From a virus: a DNA stretch of 64,000 bases. This document shows positions 10,301-20,300 of this stretch, one piece after another. The translations under genes were made by a program, and so were the position numbers. Position 1 is the stretch's first letter. Each line of letters begins with the position of its first letter. The stretch lies in IMG/VR virus record IMGVR_UViG_3300025120_000019. One strand, written 5' to 3'. Below the pieces are notes generated by a model that worked only from the letters and a program-made list of their open reading frames with translations, was not told the DNA's origin and made no database searches.

Positions 10301-13300
10301 AGTGGTTTTAAAATTGTTTGTACTGCTATTGAAAAACGTATATATGTTGATATTATTGGTGGTGTGTTATTTGTTGCAAGTACATCAAGTGTTGACTTTG
10401 TTGAAGATAACACAGCTATTGCAAATAAGAAAACAATAAACTTAGATGATAACATTTCTAAAAACTTCTTAGCTGGTTCATCCGGTGGTAGTGGTAACGT
10501 AGACTATACTAATGATAGAATTACAATTACAAACCACGGATTTACAACTGGTGATCCTGTTTCATATGACACACTTACAAATGTGCCAATTGGAGGGTTA
10601 ACAAATACTCAAGTTGTTTATGTAAAAGTTATTGATGCAAATACAATTGAATTGTACGAAGGATTTTCGTTACTTAACAAAGTAGAGTTCTTAACAACTC
10701 CAGCAAATAATAATCATAACCTTACAAGAAAAACTGTTAACATAACTGATAATAGTATTATTGTTGAAGGACACGGATTTACAACAGGTAACGCACTTAG
10801 ACTTGTTACCTTGTCAGACGGTAGCTCATCAAATGCATTATTTTCTGTAGGTGGAACAGCTATTGCATCAGGTTCTAGATTCTTTGTTGGTTCTGTAACA
10901 ACAAACTCTTTTACATTGCATACGTTAAGATCAGATGCTTTAAGTAGTATTAATGATTTGGTTACTAATGCACAAGACATTGACGGTATTGGTGTTGGTA
11001 GTGCTGAGGTAATACAACAAAATGTTCAAGTTATTTCGCAAGTAAACTCCTCTAGTAAAACAGTATCTAATTGGAATTCACTTGCTGTTACAAATATTGA
11101 CGCAAGTAACATTATTTCTGGTATAGTATCTCCAAGTAGATTGGGTGGAGCAGGTACTCCTAATAGTGATACATTCTTAAGGGGTGATAGTGCATATTCT
11201 GTAGTTGTACAAAAATTGAAAAAAGCATCAACCACAGATAATCCAATAACTCTTACAGGTAGTAGCATTAGTCAAGAATTTTATGGAACAGTAAATGTAG
11301 GTGTAAACAATATTGATCTCAATCCTGGTGGAACTTTTAGTACACTTGGAACATCACGATTTTTACAATCACAATTTGATGTTGCTTCAGATGCTAGTGG
11401 ACAAGTTTTTCTTAAGGATGGTGTAATAGATGCTGGTACATTAGATTCACTAGATAGTGCATACTTCTTGAACCCAGCAAACTTAACATCAGCTGTTCCT
11501 GTAAATAGAGGCGGCACAAACTTAACCACATATGCTGTTGGAGATATAATTTATGCTTCAACAACAGGTACATTGAATCCGTTAAATATTGGTAGGAAAG
11601 ACTCTGTTTTAAAAGTATCAGCAACTGGTATACCAGAGTGGGGTACTGCACTTGATCTTGCAGAAGGATTAGATGTTGGTGCCGCAAAACTTACTTCGTC
11701 AAGCACAGGTGCTGGACAAGTTTATAATGCAAATGTTTCAAGCTTAGAAATTGGTGGCGCCGCAACAAATATTGCTTTTGGTAGTACAGCAGATACAAGG
11801 AATATATTTACACTACTTGCTAGTTACGAAGCAAACGCAAGCCAATCAGTGGTAGCTAACTTAACCAGTATTACTCAAACTACAAATGGTGTTGCGGCAA
11901 ATGGCGATAAAGAAATTCCATTAACATCAACGACAGGAATATTATCAGGTATGCTTATAACTGGTAGTGCATCTATTCCGGCAAACACAACAGTAACTGG
12001 TGTAACTGAAAACTTTATATATCTAAGTGCAGAAACAACAGGTACTGTAGCATCTGCACTAACATTAACTTTTACTTATACACCATTTACATTAGGTATA
12101 AACGTTGGTGATACAATTAATGTTGCTTCAAGTACAATAGCAAATCTAGATGGGTCATGGCCTGTAACTGGTGCTACAGAAAATGCTACATCGTTTACTT
12201 TCCAAACAGATGCTAATGTTACAGCATCAAATGGTGATACCCCGGCTGGTGCATTAACTATTGATTCAAACTTTGTAGTTAAAAATACAAAGTTTGTGTT
12301 AGGAAATGCAGAACACGCAACTACTCCAGAACCTGGAAGACTCTTAGGCACATCTGGTATTGGTACAGATAAATCCGGAGGAAGTATTAGTATTGAGGGC
12401 GGTTTAGGTACAGGTAACGGAACAGGCGGAGACGTAATTATCAAAACAGGTGATGTTTCAACCACTGGTGATATTAAGCATACAAGTAAACAGCGTATGA
12501 AAATTGATACACAAGGTCATGTAGGAATCGGTGAACATGAGCCGGACACTACATTACATATTAAAGAAACAGCTGGAACAGATACTACTTTTACAATGCA
12601 ACGAGGTGCAAATACTGATAGAAACCAAATTGTATTTGAGCAAGCAGACGGAACGGCTGTTGGCCATATTAAGCATGATGCTGGTGGTAATGATATTGTT
12701 ATTGGTAATTATAACGGATCTGCTATAATAGATAGAATTAAAATTACAGGCACAAATGGTAATGTAGAAATTACATCCGACCTAGAAGTAGACGGTGGAG
12801 ATATTACTACGGATCAGGCTACTTTTAATCTAATTAACACAAATGCTACTAGCGTAAATGCATTTGGAGCGGCTACTACTATACAAATGGGTACAGGTGG
12901 CGATGGTGGTGGATCAACTACAATCGGACATGATTTAGTTGTACAAGGTGATCTAACAGTTAACGGAAGTCAAACTACTATTAACAGTACAACACTTACA
13001 GTTGATGATAAAAATATTGTTATTGCAAGCGGAGCCGCAGATAGTTCAGCGGCAAATGGTGCAGGTATTACTATAGATGGTGCAAGTGCTACTTTAACCT
13101 GGGATCACGCTAATACTACTTGGGATTCAAATCAAGACTTTAATCTTGCTAGTGGAAAAGAATACTTTATAAACGATGCTAGTGTATTAAATGCAACAAC
13201 ATTAGGATCAGCAGTAGTTAATTCCAGTCTACAAACATTAGGCACAATTACTACAGGTGTGTGGAATGGAACAATTATAGATCCTACATACGGTGGAACA

Positions 13301-16117
13301 GGTGTTAACAACGGTTCAAAAACTATTACATTAGGCGGATCGTTTACACACACCGGTGCTCACACATTAGGAATTACTACAACAGGAAACACAAGTGTAA
13401 CATTACCAACAAGCGGTACTATTGCAAGAGTAGATGACGGACTAAATCAATTCGCGGCAACTACTTCGGCACAATTAGCTGGTGTATTAAGTGACGAAAC
13501 TGGCACTGGAGTTGCTGTTTTTGGTACAAGCCCAGAAATTACAACAAGTATTACAACAGGTAGTACAACATTTGGCTTAATAGATGCTACTGCTACAACT
13601 GTTAACTTTGCTAGAGCGGCCACAGCTTTAAAAATGGGTGCCGCTACTGGTACAACTACTATACAAAACAACTTAAACGTTGACGGTGACATCGAAATTG
13701 ATGGAGGAGATTTAACATTTAGCGATGCAAGTATTAACATTGCTAACACTACTCCAACCACTGTAAATTTTGCAGATGCGGCATCAACATTAAATATTGG
13801 TGCTACAACTGGTACAATGACATTGAAAAATACAAACATTGTTATTACTAACGACTTAGCAATTAATGGTACATCATTAGATACAGATGAAACTGCAACG
13901 TTTAACCTACTTAAAGATAATGTAACTACTATTGCATTTGGACAAGCGGCAACAGCTATTCAAATGGGTGCAACAACTGGCACAACAACAGTAAGAAACA
14001 ATCTAACTACAGATGGTGACTTAACTATTTCTGCAGGTGGCGTGCTTATAGCAGATGCTATTAATAACATTCCAATTGGAAATTTAACACCAAGCTCAGC
14101 CGCATTTACAACCCTTACAGCAAATAATTTTGTTACGTTCACAGATGCTACAAATGCAACAGGTGATTTTGCAAGTGGTAGTGCATCAGTTAAAATGACA
14201 GGCGGATTACACGTAGCAAAAGATATAAAAGCTGATAACTTCATAGGTGATGCTAGTGCAAGTGACCTTACAAGTGGTACTATTCCAGACGCAAGAGTAC
14301 CTTCAAGTGCAATTACACAACACCAAACAGATATTACTGCAACTGGTATATTAAATGGTGGTAGTATTACATCAGGATTTGGTAGCATTAATATTGGTAC
14401 TAGTACATTTTCTGGAAATGGAGGTGGCTTAACTGATCTAGTTGCTACACAATTATCAAGTGGTACAATTCCAGATGCACGTATCCAATCAAGCGGTGTT
14501 ACACAACACCAAGCTGATCTTACAGCAACCGGACAACTTAATGCAGGAAGTATATCAACAGGATTTGGTAACATTGATATTGGAGCAAGTTCGTTTACTG
14601 GAACAGGTGCTTGTTCTTTTGGTGCAACAAGCTTTAATGATAATAATATTACAAATGTTGGTAGTATTGCTTTAGATAGTATTACTTCAGATAATGGAGC
14701 TAGTATTGATTTTAATTCAAATGCAGTGGTAACATTTGCTAACACAAGTTCATCAACAAGTACTACAACAGGCGCTGTAAGAGTAAGCGGTGGTTTGGGT
14801 GTTGCTGGTGCATTATATGCCGCATCAATGTACACTGCTGATGGTAGTAACGTACAATCACTTAATGCAAGTTATCTTGCAAGCGGTACAGTACCAAACA
14901 CAAGGATTGATGGAACATATAGTAACTTAACAGGTACTGGTGCATTAGACGCAGGTGAAATTACTGCTAACTTTGGTAATGTTAATATCGGCACAAGCAC
15001 ATTCACTGGTAATGGTAGTGGGCTTACAAACGTAGATGCTACAACACTTGATAGTATAGATAGTGGTTCGTTTGTGCGTAGTGATGCTGATGACACTATT
15101 ACTGGACTTTTAACAACAAGTAGAAGCGGCGAACAACTAAAACTTAGTGACACTAGTGCAACAGGTAATCCTTATATTGGCTTTTATCAAGGTACTACAA
15201 GAAGAGCTTATATTCAATTTGTAGACTCTGGAGGAATACTACGTTTAGCAAGTGACGAAAACAATGACAGACTAGATATTGGCAACGGAACAACCGGATT
15301 ACAACACTATGTTGATGGCACTGGTTACACTGTATGGACTTCAGCTAATGACGGTACTGGTAGTGGATTAGATGCTGATACACTTGACGGTGTAAACTCA
15401 GGAAGTTTTTTACGTAGCGATGCAAATGATAGTTTCACTGGTACACTAAGCGGTACAGGAAGCATAAACATAAGCGGAAATGTAAGTTGTACAAGTCTAT
15501 CAGGAGATGGTAGCGGTATCACTGGTGTTACAGCAACAAATGCAGGCACACTTGACAACTTAGATAGTTCACAGTTCTTGCGTAGTGATTCAGCAGATCA
15601 AAAAACATCAGGTAGTTTAAGATTTAATGATAGTATTCAATTAAACTTTGGTACAGGAGACGATGCAGAAATTTATCATAATGGTTCGGATTTGTATTTT
15701 GATCTGAATTCAGACGATGATATATACTTTAGAGATGGTAATAGCAGTAACGCAACAAGATTTACTTTTGATATAAGCAGTGGTAACTTTACAGCATCAG
15801 GCGAAATTACAGCGTTCTCTGATGCTACTCTAAAAGACAATATCGAAATTATTGCAGATCCATTAACAAAGATACTAAGTGTAAGAGGTGTAACCTTTAC
15901 TCGTACTGATCTTGCTGATACTGAAACAAGACACATGGGTGTAATTGCACAAGAAATAGAAGAGCATTTCCCAGAGGTTGTAACCACACATGAAGAATCA
16001 GGTATTAAAACTGTAAACTATGGTGCTATGGCAGGTGTGTTTATCGAAGCAATAAAAGCACAGCAAACTCAAATTGATGATCTTAAAAGAATGGTTAAAA
16101 AGTTAACCGATAAATAG
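4328..16117 (+). CDS. Giant tail fibre / adhesin (3929 aa) with beta-helix-like domain, repeat modules and C-terminal intramolecular chaperone (peptidase S74)
   Basis: N-terminal KIKHKRSAVAGKQP...GELAINTADGK fibre motif; YVS...GDD.NDG...KTIKRA / IKGDGLR pectin-lyase-like start; ITxxxHGF modules; TLD..xS..FxRSD repeats; C-terminal FSDATLKDNI...GVIAQEIE..FPEVV...VNYG + coiled coil (S74). Confidence 0.85.
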   Translation: MATKIKHKRSAVAGKQPSVSQLESGELAINTADGKVYLLRDDNTVQDITKRVFEGNTELKVDDLGDSTSAAITARVNADDKMIITDNGININDDVQIENANTLTLKELTGSGADGVSLKAPDTLDAGYSLTLPPNSGTIGQLLKTDANGNLSFTDPDIFGGNVVYVSNEQGDDINDGQSAPVKTIKRACQIASGLVYNTDGTTNNKRVNVKVAVGDYTEQNPIIVPDNTVIKGDGLRGCILRPANANEDMLRVRNACYFGEVTFRDGVDENGVPLITFDYAVAFDDPFDVTVARVGYTNMPTSRPFITTSPYIQNCSILSFLGGNGAKIDGSKITSPNVGLVPSEQENPVVGSIPEQGKSMVANAFTILSFGGTAWRLTNDAYAQIVSCFEIFLLNGVYTQSGGYCSITNSATNFGLYALRSSGYSPKAFEFDRAFVSSTGAFEGLQTLSVVGINRASPVEEFVLRFRDPDYKTARDLLLLAKNTIATDTVSYINTQIAGASASIWAGYDYDPLQAKCERDTKLLVDAIRYDAAFNTNYRSIASVITYFNGRQTPAVFESQRLQEVDAFTQAKAFTTNITQDSTYDARVNALWDEVIDILEHSGTYTAGTGTSYNAASGSLILNVGAHDLTVGTQIEIAPNSLSFSCDYGQGAHTYVGGTVTDAITITSGSVKRDVTDATYNHATGVMELTIGSHSFTTSDTVTIETNSLTFTCAADSNATNHTYPRVGDPADGVAIAISAVSGTTITVNVGAVGSSSSTKTYPRAVNASNGDPDPAYKTPVTITAVNATTVTVNIGNAGSAASSAHTFESATANSITVAGTGTFSDPTGYNTSYLAGYGNARAQLIANRKFIVAEITAYVNNQIAAGTAPFSKTFTYSKEKCEEDIGHYLDAFLYDLTYGGNLQTIDAANQNFTNTTQAGGLANNRLSEYGEKAQTLAAYVRLKEVLGQIVQEQTVTKSGGGVHTYVGGTVTNAVTITAPNQSTVQRDVTNATYDPDTGLSVITIGSHSFTTSDKATIVTNSLSFTCDTDGNTVTKTYPRSTDPAAGTALSIASVTGNTITVNIGKSGNTVTQDVSGTAGGSDTAVFVQARMQEVIDFITADGATQPTKIDPGVSWVAQAYQDDLIRLNAEGQKNIAQNVSGYIETQTEAAKWYNFVYDSAKCLRDTKLIVEAVAKDTWDTGNRYSRSAGLSYYTKNLADSSQISISGQERQTIDAIKKARDLALTYITSVSAGTQNFVSSRFDIVTTIINDPGDLPDAQDVSSEGDTTNNFKTNATEKSFNAATDVNIGVDVITITGHGFANLQKVIYTANGNTPLGGLDEEQTYYINIINDDEFKLTFDESGDFPVDIRVLSTGSHKFLSGVIEFFVQEITSSHTTYQQLELESGSESFVFTPGKSIAGTTGSSNNSAIVSSWEPAERRLIVSVEQVAVGSSLLRIQFDATSVITADHAGTPNASIGVNAVQAKTGLGSATFSVKATDGSSSLTNLGNLPESQVWFHRPSIVNSSSHTWEYAGSGTDYNALPQNGGNTKAEFEQFEELPGRVYSSGTNELGDFKVGDFITAFNRTGNITFRNKVQVDELDALRLSVSDVIIEEISTSVNLGDDELGGATNTRLSTQLAVRSFISNRLGGFVDKTVSTAAVPGAIVQLNVNGQLNADLIPATRQFTNTNTFGYLSRLDQIDDIPAVDLKAGDIGTENYEQQELTLSGNISAADGATITQPTSFGATGYAKGLYGNSGNILVASITGEWIAGDDSTGSQWATGAGNNLFVDGVDSGVYPTALGVVSEIVDNFFIKTSNSSQFLVLDPTPNYTFTTNAIANAARTSNVSTITTSGAHNLQIGNTVNVTIADNSTFDENAVVISTPTATSFTYANVDPDNVGSFSVTSGTVGTVVKSADGDAQGKVTETRFGVATGVDNAAITGGSLYTPTTGSKIYKNIPMTAVTGSGTGARANITVTAGQITDVDLIRGGTGYASGDELGASPTDIGGTGSGFKIVCTAIEKRIYVDIIGGVLFVASTSSVDFVEDNTAIANKKTINLDDNISKNFLAGSSGGSGNVDYTNDRITITNHGFTTGDPVSYDTLTNVPIGGLTNTQVVYVKVIDANTIELYEGFSLLNKVEFLTTPANNNHNLTRKTVNITDNSIIVEGHGFTTGNALRLVTLSDGSSSNALFSVGGTAIASGSRFFVGSVTTNSFTLHTLRSDALSSINDLVTNAQDIDGIGVGSAEVIQQNVQVISQVNSSSKTVSNWNSLAVTNIDASNIISGIVSPSRLGGAGTPNSDTFLRGDSAYSVVVQKLKKASTTDNPITLTGSSISQEFYGTVNVGVNNIDLNPGGTFSTLGTSRFLQSQFDVASDASGQVFLKDGVIDAGTLDSLDSAYFLNPANLTSAVPVNRGGTNLTTYAVGDIIYASTTGTLNPLNIGRKDSVLKVSATGIPEWGTALDLAEGLDVGAAKLTSSSTGAGQVYNANVSSLEIGGAATNIAFGSTADTRNIFTLLASYEANASQSVVANLTSITQTTNGVAANGDKEIPLTSTTGILSGMLITGSASIPANTTVTGVTENFIYLSAETTGTVASALTLTFTYTPFTLGINVGDTINVASSTIANLDGSWPVTGATENATSFTFQTDANVTASNGDTPAGALTIDSNFVVKNTKFVLGNAEHATTPEPGRLLGTSGIGTDKSGGSISIEGGLGTGNGTGGDVIIKTGDVSTTGDIKHTSKQRMKIDTQGHVGIGEHEPDTTLHIKETAGTDTTFTMQRGANTDRNQIVFEQADGTAVGHIKHDAGGNDIVIGNYNGSAIIDRIKITGTNGNVEITSDLEVDGGDITTDQATFNLINTNATSVNAFGAATTIQMGTGGDGGGSTTIGHDLVVQGDLTVNGSQTTINSTTLTVDDKNIVIASGAADSSAANGAGITIDGASATLTWDHANTTWDSNQDFNLASGKEYFINDASVLNATTLGSAVVNSSLQTLGTITTGVWNGTIIDPTYGGTGVNNGSKTITLGGSFTHTGAHTLGITTTGNTSVTLPTSGTIARVDDGLNQFAATTSAQLAGVLSDETGTGVAVFGTSPEITTSITTGSTTFGLIDATATTVNFARAATALKMGAATGTTTIQNNLNVDGDIEIDGGDLTFSDASINIANTTPTTVNFADAASTLNIGATTGTMTLKNTNIVITNDLAINGTSLDTDETATFNLLKDNVTTIAFGQAATAIQMGATTGTTTVRNNLTTDGDLTISAGGVLIADAINNIPIGNLTPSSAAFTTLTANNFVTFTDATNATGDFASGSASVKMTGGLHVAKDIKADNFIGDASASDLTSGTIPDARVPSSAITQHQTDITATGILNGGSITSGFGSINIGTSTFSGNGGGLTDLVATQLSSGTIPDARIQSSGVTQHQADLTATGQLNAGSISTGFGNIDIGASSFTGTGACSFGATSFNDNNITNVGSIALDSITSDNGASIDFNSNAVVTFANTSSSTSTTTGAVRVSGGLGVAGALYAASMYTADGSNVQSLNASYLASGTVPNTRIDGTYSNLTGTGALDAGEITANFGNVNIGTSTFTGNGSGLTNVDATTLDSIDSGSFVRSDADDTITGLLTTSRSGEQLKLSDTSATGNPYIGFYQGTTRRAYIQFVDSGGILRLASDENNDRLDIGNGTTGLQHYVDGTGYTVWTSANDGTGSGLDADTLDGVNSGSFLRSDANDSFTGTLSGTGSINISGNVSCTSLSGDGSGITGVTATNAGTLDNLDSSQFLRSDSADQKTSGSLRFNDSIQLNFGTGDDAEIYHNGSDLYFDLNSDDDIYFRDGNSSNATRFTFDISSGNFTASGEITAFSDATLKDNIEIIADPLTKILSVRGVTFTRTDLADTETRHMGVIAQEIEEHFPEVVTTHEESGIKTVNYGAMAGVFIEAIKAQQTQIDDLKRMVKKLTDK
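6286..7246 (+). repeat. Dispersed direct repeat inside the fibre gene: identical 28-mer tcatacttatgtaggtggtactgtaaca at 6286-6313 and 7219-7246, heading ~100-aa duplicated domains
   Basis: Direct nucleotide comparison; protein copies HTYVGGTVT...RDVT.ATY...TIGSHSFTTSD...FTC...TYPR..DPA. Confidence 0.9.
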
Positions 16118-16128
16118 ACTATAAGGAC

Positions 16129-16157
16129 TTGACATACATAATTATAAGTGTTAAAAT
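16129..16157 (+). promoter_or_regulatory. sigma70-type promoter TTGACA-17-TAAAAT (TG extension)
   Basis: TTGACA 16129-16134, TAAAAT 16152-16157; a late TAAATA is also present at 16111-16116. Confidence 0.6.
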
Positions 16158-16183
16158 AAAAAATATGAATGTAGGAAAATAAT

Positions 16184-16354
16184 ATGGCTTTACCTAATAC
16201 AGGAAGCACAATTACAATGAGTCAAATCTCTAACTATTTCAGTGGACCATCGTCCACAATTAGACTCAGTGCCGATTTAGGACCATATATAGGTATAGGT
16301 AACCAGGCTACTATATCAATGAGTAGTAGTTTTGGCGGATATTATTTTCCATAA
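16184..16354 (+). CDS. Small fibre-associated protein (56 aa), not in ORF track
   Basis: AGGA SD; MALPNTGSTITMSQISNYFSG...ISMSSSFGGYYFP. The MALPxxGxI..S.I motif is typical of small proteins following S74-containing fibres (gp38 N-terminus-like). Confidence 0.7.
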   Translation: MALPNTGSTITMSQISNYFSGPSSTIRLSADLGPYIGIGNQATISMSSSFGGYYFP

Positions 16355-16370
16355 TTTAACAGGAGAACTT

Positions 16371-16745
16371 ATGATAACATTATACGAAATTATGAACGTA
16401 CACCTAGCTGATGAATATACAAAAGCAAGGAAAAAACATCTAGTCACAACAATGGAGCTAGAAAAAGATTTGTTTAATCAAGCTGTTGAAGCTATTGATG
16501 CTATGGATATTCCAGAAGATGATGAAAGACATCATTGGATACAAAAATTTGGTATCACAGCAGGTATCGATTTGCTTACATTAGGCAAAGTACAGCCAGA
16601 AAATATGTTGGCTATGAGAGGATTAGGTGATGATTTTCAAGAAGCTGTAAAAGTTGCAACAAGCACAGCAAGGAAATTAAATCAAAATACCATCGATGCT
16701 GAAAAAGACCTAAACGAAGAACTTATACCAAATACTACAATTTAA
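16371..16745 (+). CDS. Hypothetical helical protein (start refined to ATG 16371)
   Basis: AGGAG SD at 16361-16365; stop overlaps next start (TAATG). Confidence 0.65.
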   Translation: MITLYEIMNVHLADEYTKARKKHLVTTMELEKDLFNQAVEAIDAMDIPEDDERHHWIQKFGITAGIDLLTLGKVQPENMLAMRGLGDDFQEAVKVATSTARKLNQNTIDAEKDLNEELIPNTTI

Positions 16746-17329
16746 TGAAAATTAGTATATGTGTTCCTTGCAGAGATCAAGTACACACTCTGTTTACACA
16801 AAGTTTAGTTAATCTGACCAATAGACTTACCCGCAAGCAAATAGATTTCGAATTGCATCTGTTTGCCGGAAGTGTAATCTGTGAGTCACGCACAAGACTT
16901 GTTAACGAAGCTTTATCTGTAAATAGTGATAAAATATTATTTTTGGATAGTGATATACAATTTCCTTCAAATGTAGTAGACAAGCTAAATTCTCATAATA
17001 AAGATATTGTTGGAGCAACTTATAGCACAAGATATCCACCTTATCAAACTGTAGCATTTACTAATCCAGATAATATAAAAGATAGATTAGGTGTTTCTAG
17101 TGGGCTACATAAAATTTGGGCTGTAGGAATGGGATGTATGTTGATTGATAAAAATGTATTTTATACATTGCCTAAACCTTGGTTTAATCACGAATATAAT
17201 AAAATAGACGATACGTTTAGCGGAGAAGATATATACTTTTGCAATCAGGCAATGCATCACGGCGTAGATGTATGGATAGATGCTGATATAAAATTAGCAC
17301 ATATAGGAACAAAGGCATACACATTATGA
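16745..17329 (+). CDS. Glycosyltransferase family 2-like protein
   Basis: KISICVP start, LFLDSD (DxD), GMGCMLID, SGEDIYFC, HIG motifs. Confidence 0.8.
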   Translation: MKISICVPCRDQVHTLFTQSLVNLTNRLTRKQIDFELHLFAGSVICESRTRLVNEALSVNSDKILFLDSDIQFPSNVVDKLNSHNKDIVGATYSTRYPPYQTVAFTNPDNIKDRLGVSSGLHKIWAVGMGCMLIDKNVFYTLPKPWFNHEYNKIDDTFSGEDIYFCNQAMHHGVDVWIDADIKLAHIGTKAYTL

Positions 17330-20300
17330 AAGCCATAGACAGATTTAACAAATTTTCTAAGCCTTTACACAACGGACAAGATCAGTTAAAAAATCTTATA
17401 TTTGATAGATATCCAGTATTAAGGATAGATGACTATTGTGATCTTGACAAAGTTTATCAACAAAATATAGATAGCGATTATGTGTGGGTAGTTGATAAAA
17501 ACATTAAAGTATTTGATAGCTTTCCTTGGTGGTTCAAACCAAGGTCAAACGACATTATACAAATACACGAATTTCCTTATGTGTACAAAGAAAGTAGAAA
17601 AATAAAAAGTTGGGATAAAGTGCGTTTAGTACCAACTAAAAAAACACAGCATGAACCACGACAGCATATTCACATCTGTGGAGAATATGATGTATATAAA
17701 GGCAATAGCAAATTTGATTGCTTTTACATAGGAGAAAATCAAGACGATATAAATTCTATACAGCAAAAAGTTCCGCATCTACAAACAGTTAAAACATGGC
17801 AAGAAGCACAACAACGTAGCTACACAGATATGTTTTGGGTAATATGGGAAGATGTTGATGTTAGAAATACATTTAAATTTAGTTTTAAGCCAGACGAATG
17901 GAGTCATGATTTTGTCCATGTGTTTGGCAATGGCGATATTGATCAACTAGACGGAGTAGCATTATTTCCAAAAAATTATAATATAACAGAAAAAGAATTA
18001 GAACATAGATTTTATGTGAATAAAAAAGAAGTTCGTATTATGGCAAGTACTCCAAAAAAATACGAAAGGTTTATCATTGATAATTATGAAGACTACGAAA
18101 ATGCATCACGTAAATCAACTAATGATATGTTCTGGGGAGTTCCGTCTGATGTAGAAATTATTGAAGAATTTGATTTTGATTATTATATTAGTCACCACGA
18201 TAAATCTTTAAGAAAACAAAATCATGTATTTTTAAATAAAAACAAATACAACGGAGTTGTTTTGTTTAGCAAACATTCTATTGTTACAAAAAAAGAAATT
18301 GCATATAGATTTGTTGTTAATCCTATAGAAACTAATATCGTAGCTTCTAAACCTCACCCTATTAAAGTGTTTAGAATGAACAATTATGCAGACTACGAAA
18401 AGGCATTAGAAAATAGTAAAACTCATGTTTTTCTCGGTGTTCCAGATGATGTGATATTGGATAAAAATTTTAATATAGACGAATGGATAGCAGAACAAAA
18501 AACCTTAGATACAGGAACTACACATTTATTTTTAAATGATAAACATTATGATGGTGTTGCTCTTTTTAGTAAAAGTTTTAAGGTTACAAAAAAAGAAATA
18601 AATCATAGATTTCTTGTAAGTAATAAAGAACATAATATAATAGCAAGCATTCCTCGCCCTTATGAAAAGTTTACAATTAATAATTATGAAGATTATTTAC
18701 AAGCACTACAAGATTCTAAAACAGAAATGTTTTGGCTTATTCCTAGCGATGTAGATGTAAAAGACGATTTCAATTTTAATTTGTACTTTAGTCATCACAA
18801 TAAATTTGATAAAGAAATAAATCATGTATTTTTAAATGATAAGAACTATGATGGAATAGCTTTAATGAGCAAAGAATGTATAGCAACTGAAAAAGAAATT
18901 AATCATAGATTTTTTATTAATAAAAAAGAACATGAAGTAGTTGCAAGTACTCCTAAACCATTTGATAAATTTATTATAAAAGATTATGACGATTACTTAA
19001 AAGCAAAAGAAACATCAAAAACAGGAATGTTTTGGATTATATATCATGATATTAATGTTGTGGAAGATTTTAATTTTAATATGTACATATCGCATCATAA
19101 TCAATATGAAAGAAAAATTAATCATGTGTGGAAGAATGGTGAATACTACGATGGAGTTGCACTAGTAACAAAAAATATAGTTCTTACAAAACACGAAATA
19201 GATTATAGATTTTTAGCAATTAAAAAAGAATATACCGAGGTTGGAAGTTATCCTAGTACATTTGATATTGTCTTTATTAGTAACGGTGAAAATAATGCTG
19301 ATAAAAATTATGAAAGATTGACTTCATCATACCCTAATGCTAAAAGAGTTGATAAAGTTAAAGGAATACACCAAGCACATATCGAAGCCGCAAAGCTTGT
19401 AGATACTGAAATGTTTTGGGTAGTTGACGGTGATGCCGAATTACTAATGGACTTTGAGTTAGATTATCAAATTGCATATTACGACATAGATGGGAAACGT
19501 ACTGTATATGTATGGAGGAGTATGAATCCTGTTAACGGATTAGTTTATGGATATGGCGGCGTAAAACTTTTACCAACAAACCTTACTTTGAATATGGATG
19601 TTAATACTGCTGATATGACCACAAGTATAAGTAAAAACTTTAAAGGTATTCCTCGCATGAGTAATATTACAGCATTCAATACTGATAGCTTTAGTGCTTG
19701 GAGAAGTGGATTTAGAGAATGTGTAAAACTTTCTAGTAGGACAATTAATAGACAAAAGGATGACGAAACAACATTTAGATTAAAGTCTTGGTGTTCAAGA
19801 GGACAAGAAAAGGAGTTTGGTGCTGAAACAATAACAGGTGCATATGAAGGAGCAAAGTATGGAATTAAATGGAAAAATAATCCAGATGCTTTGAAAAAAA
19901 TAAATGATTTTGAATGGTTGAAGAAAAGATTTAAGGATACTTATCCACCAAAATCTTTTGATTTTGATTTGGACTTTTTAGATTATTCTGAGGAAGAAAG
20001 TCTTAAAGCGTTTAATCCTATTGTAAGCACAATGTTTAAAGAAATTGAAAATAAGCTAGGAAAGAATTATAAATTTCAGCATGGTAGTGTAAAGTTATCA
20101 GTCACTAATGTTGGAGATTTATTTTGGGATAAAAAAGGTGTAAGAGTAAGTAGCGAATATGCAGATACAGAGATAACAACAGATCTTAAAACAGGCTTAA
20201 AACTTCTAAAAATGGAAGATGATTCTGTAGAAATGTACAAGCGTGGTGATTTTTTATTAGAAGGTGATGCAGACTTAGCAATGCTATTTTTTGATGATTT

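Noticed and set aside
2351-15987. Many minus-strand ORFs (up to 291 aa) opposite the fibre genes
   Set aside because: Shadow ORFs produced by Thr/Gly/Asn-rich sense codons; Val/Pro/Leu-biased, with no RBS or motifs.
18061-19260. Regular repeats considered as a CRISPR array or DGR template/variable repeats
   Set aside because: Repeats are diverged, in-frame 300-nt protein repeats; no constant repeat-spacer pattern, no adenine-specific variation, no reverse transcriptase in the window.
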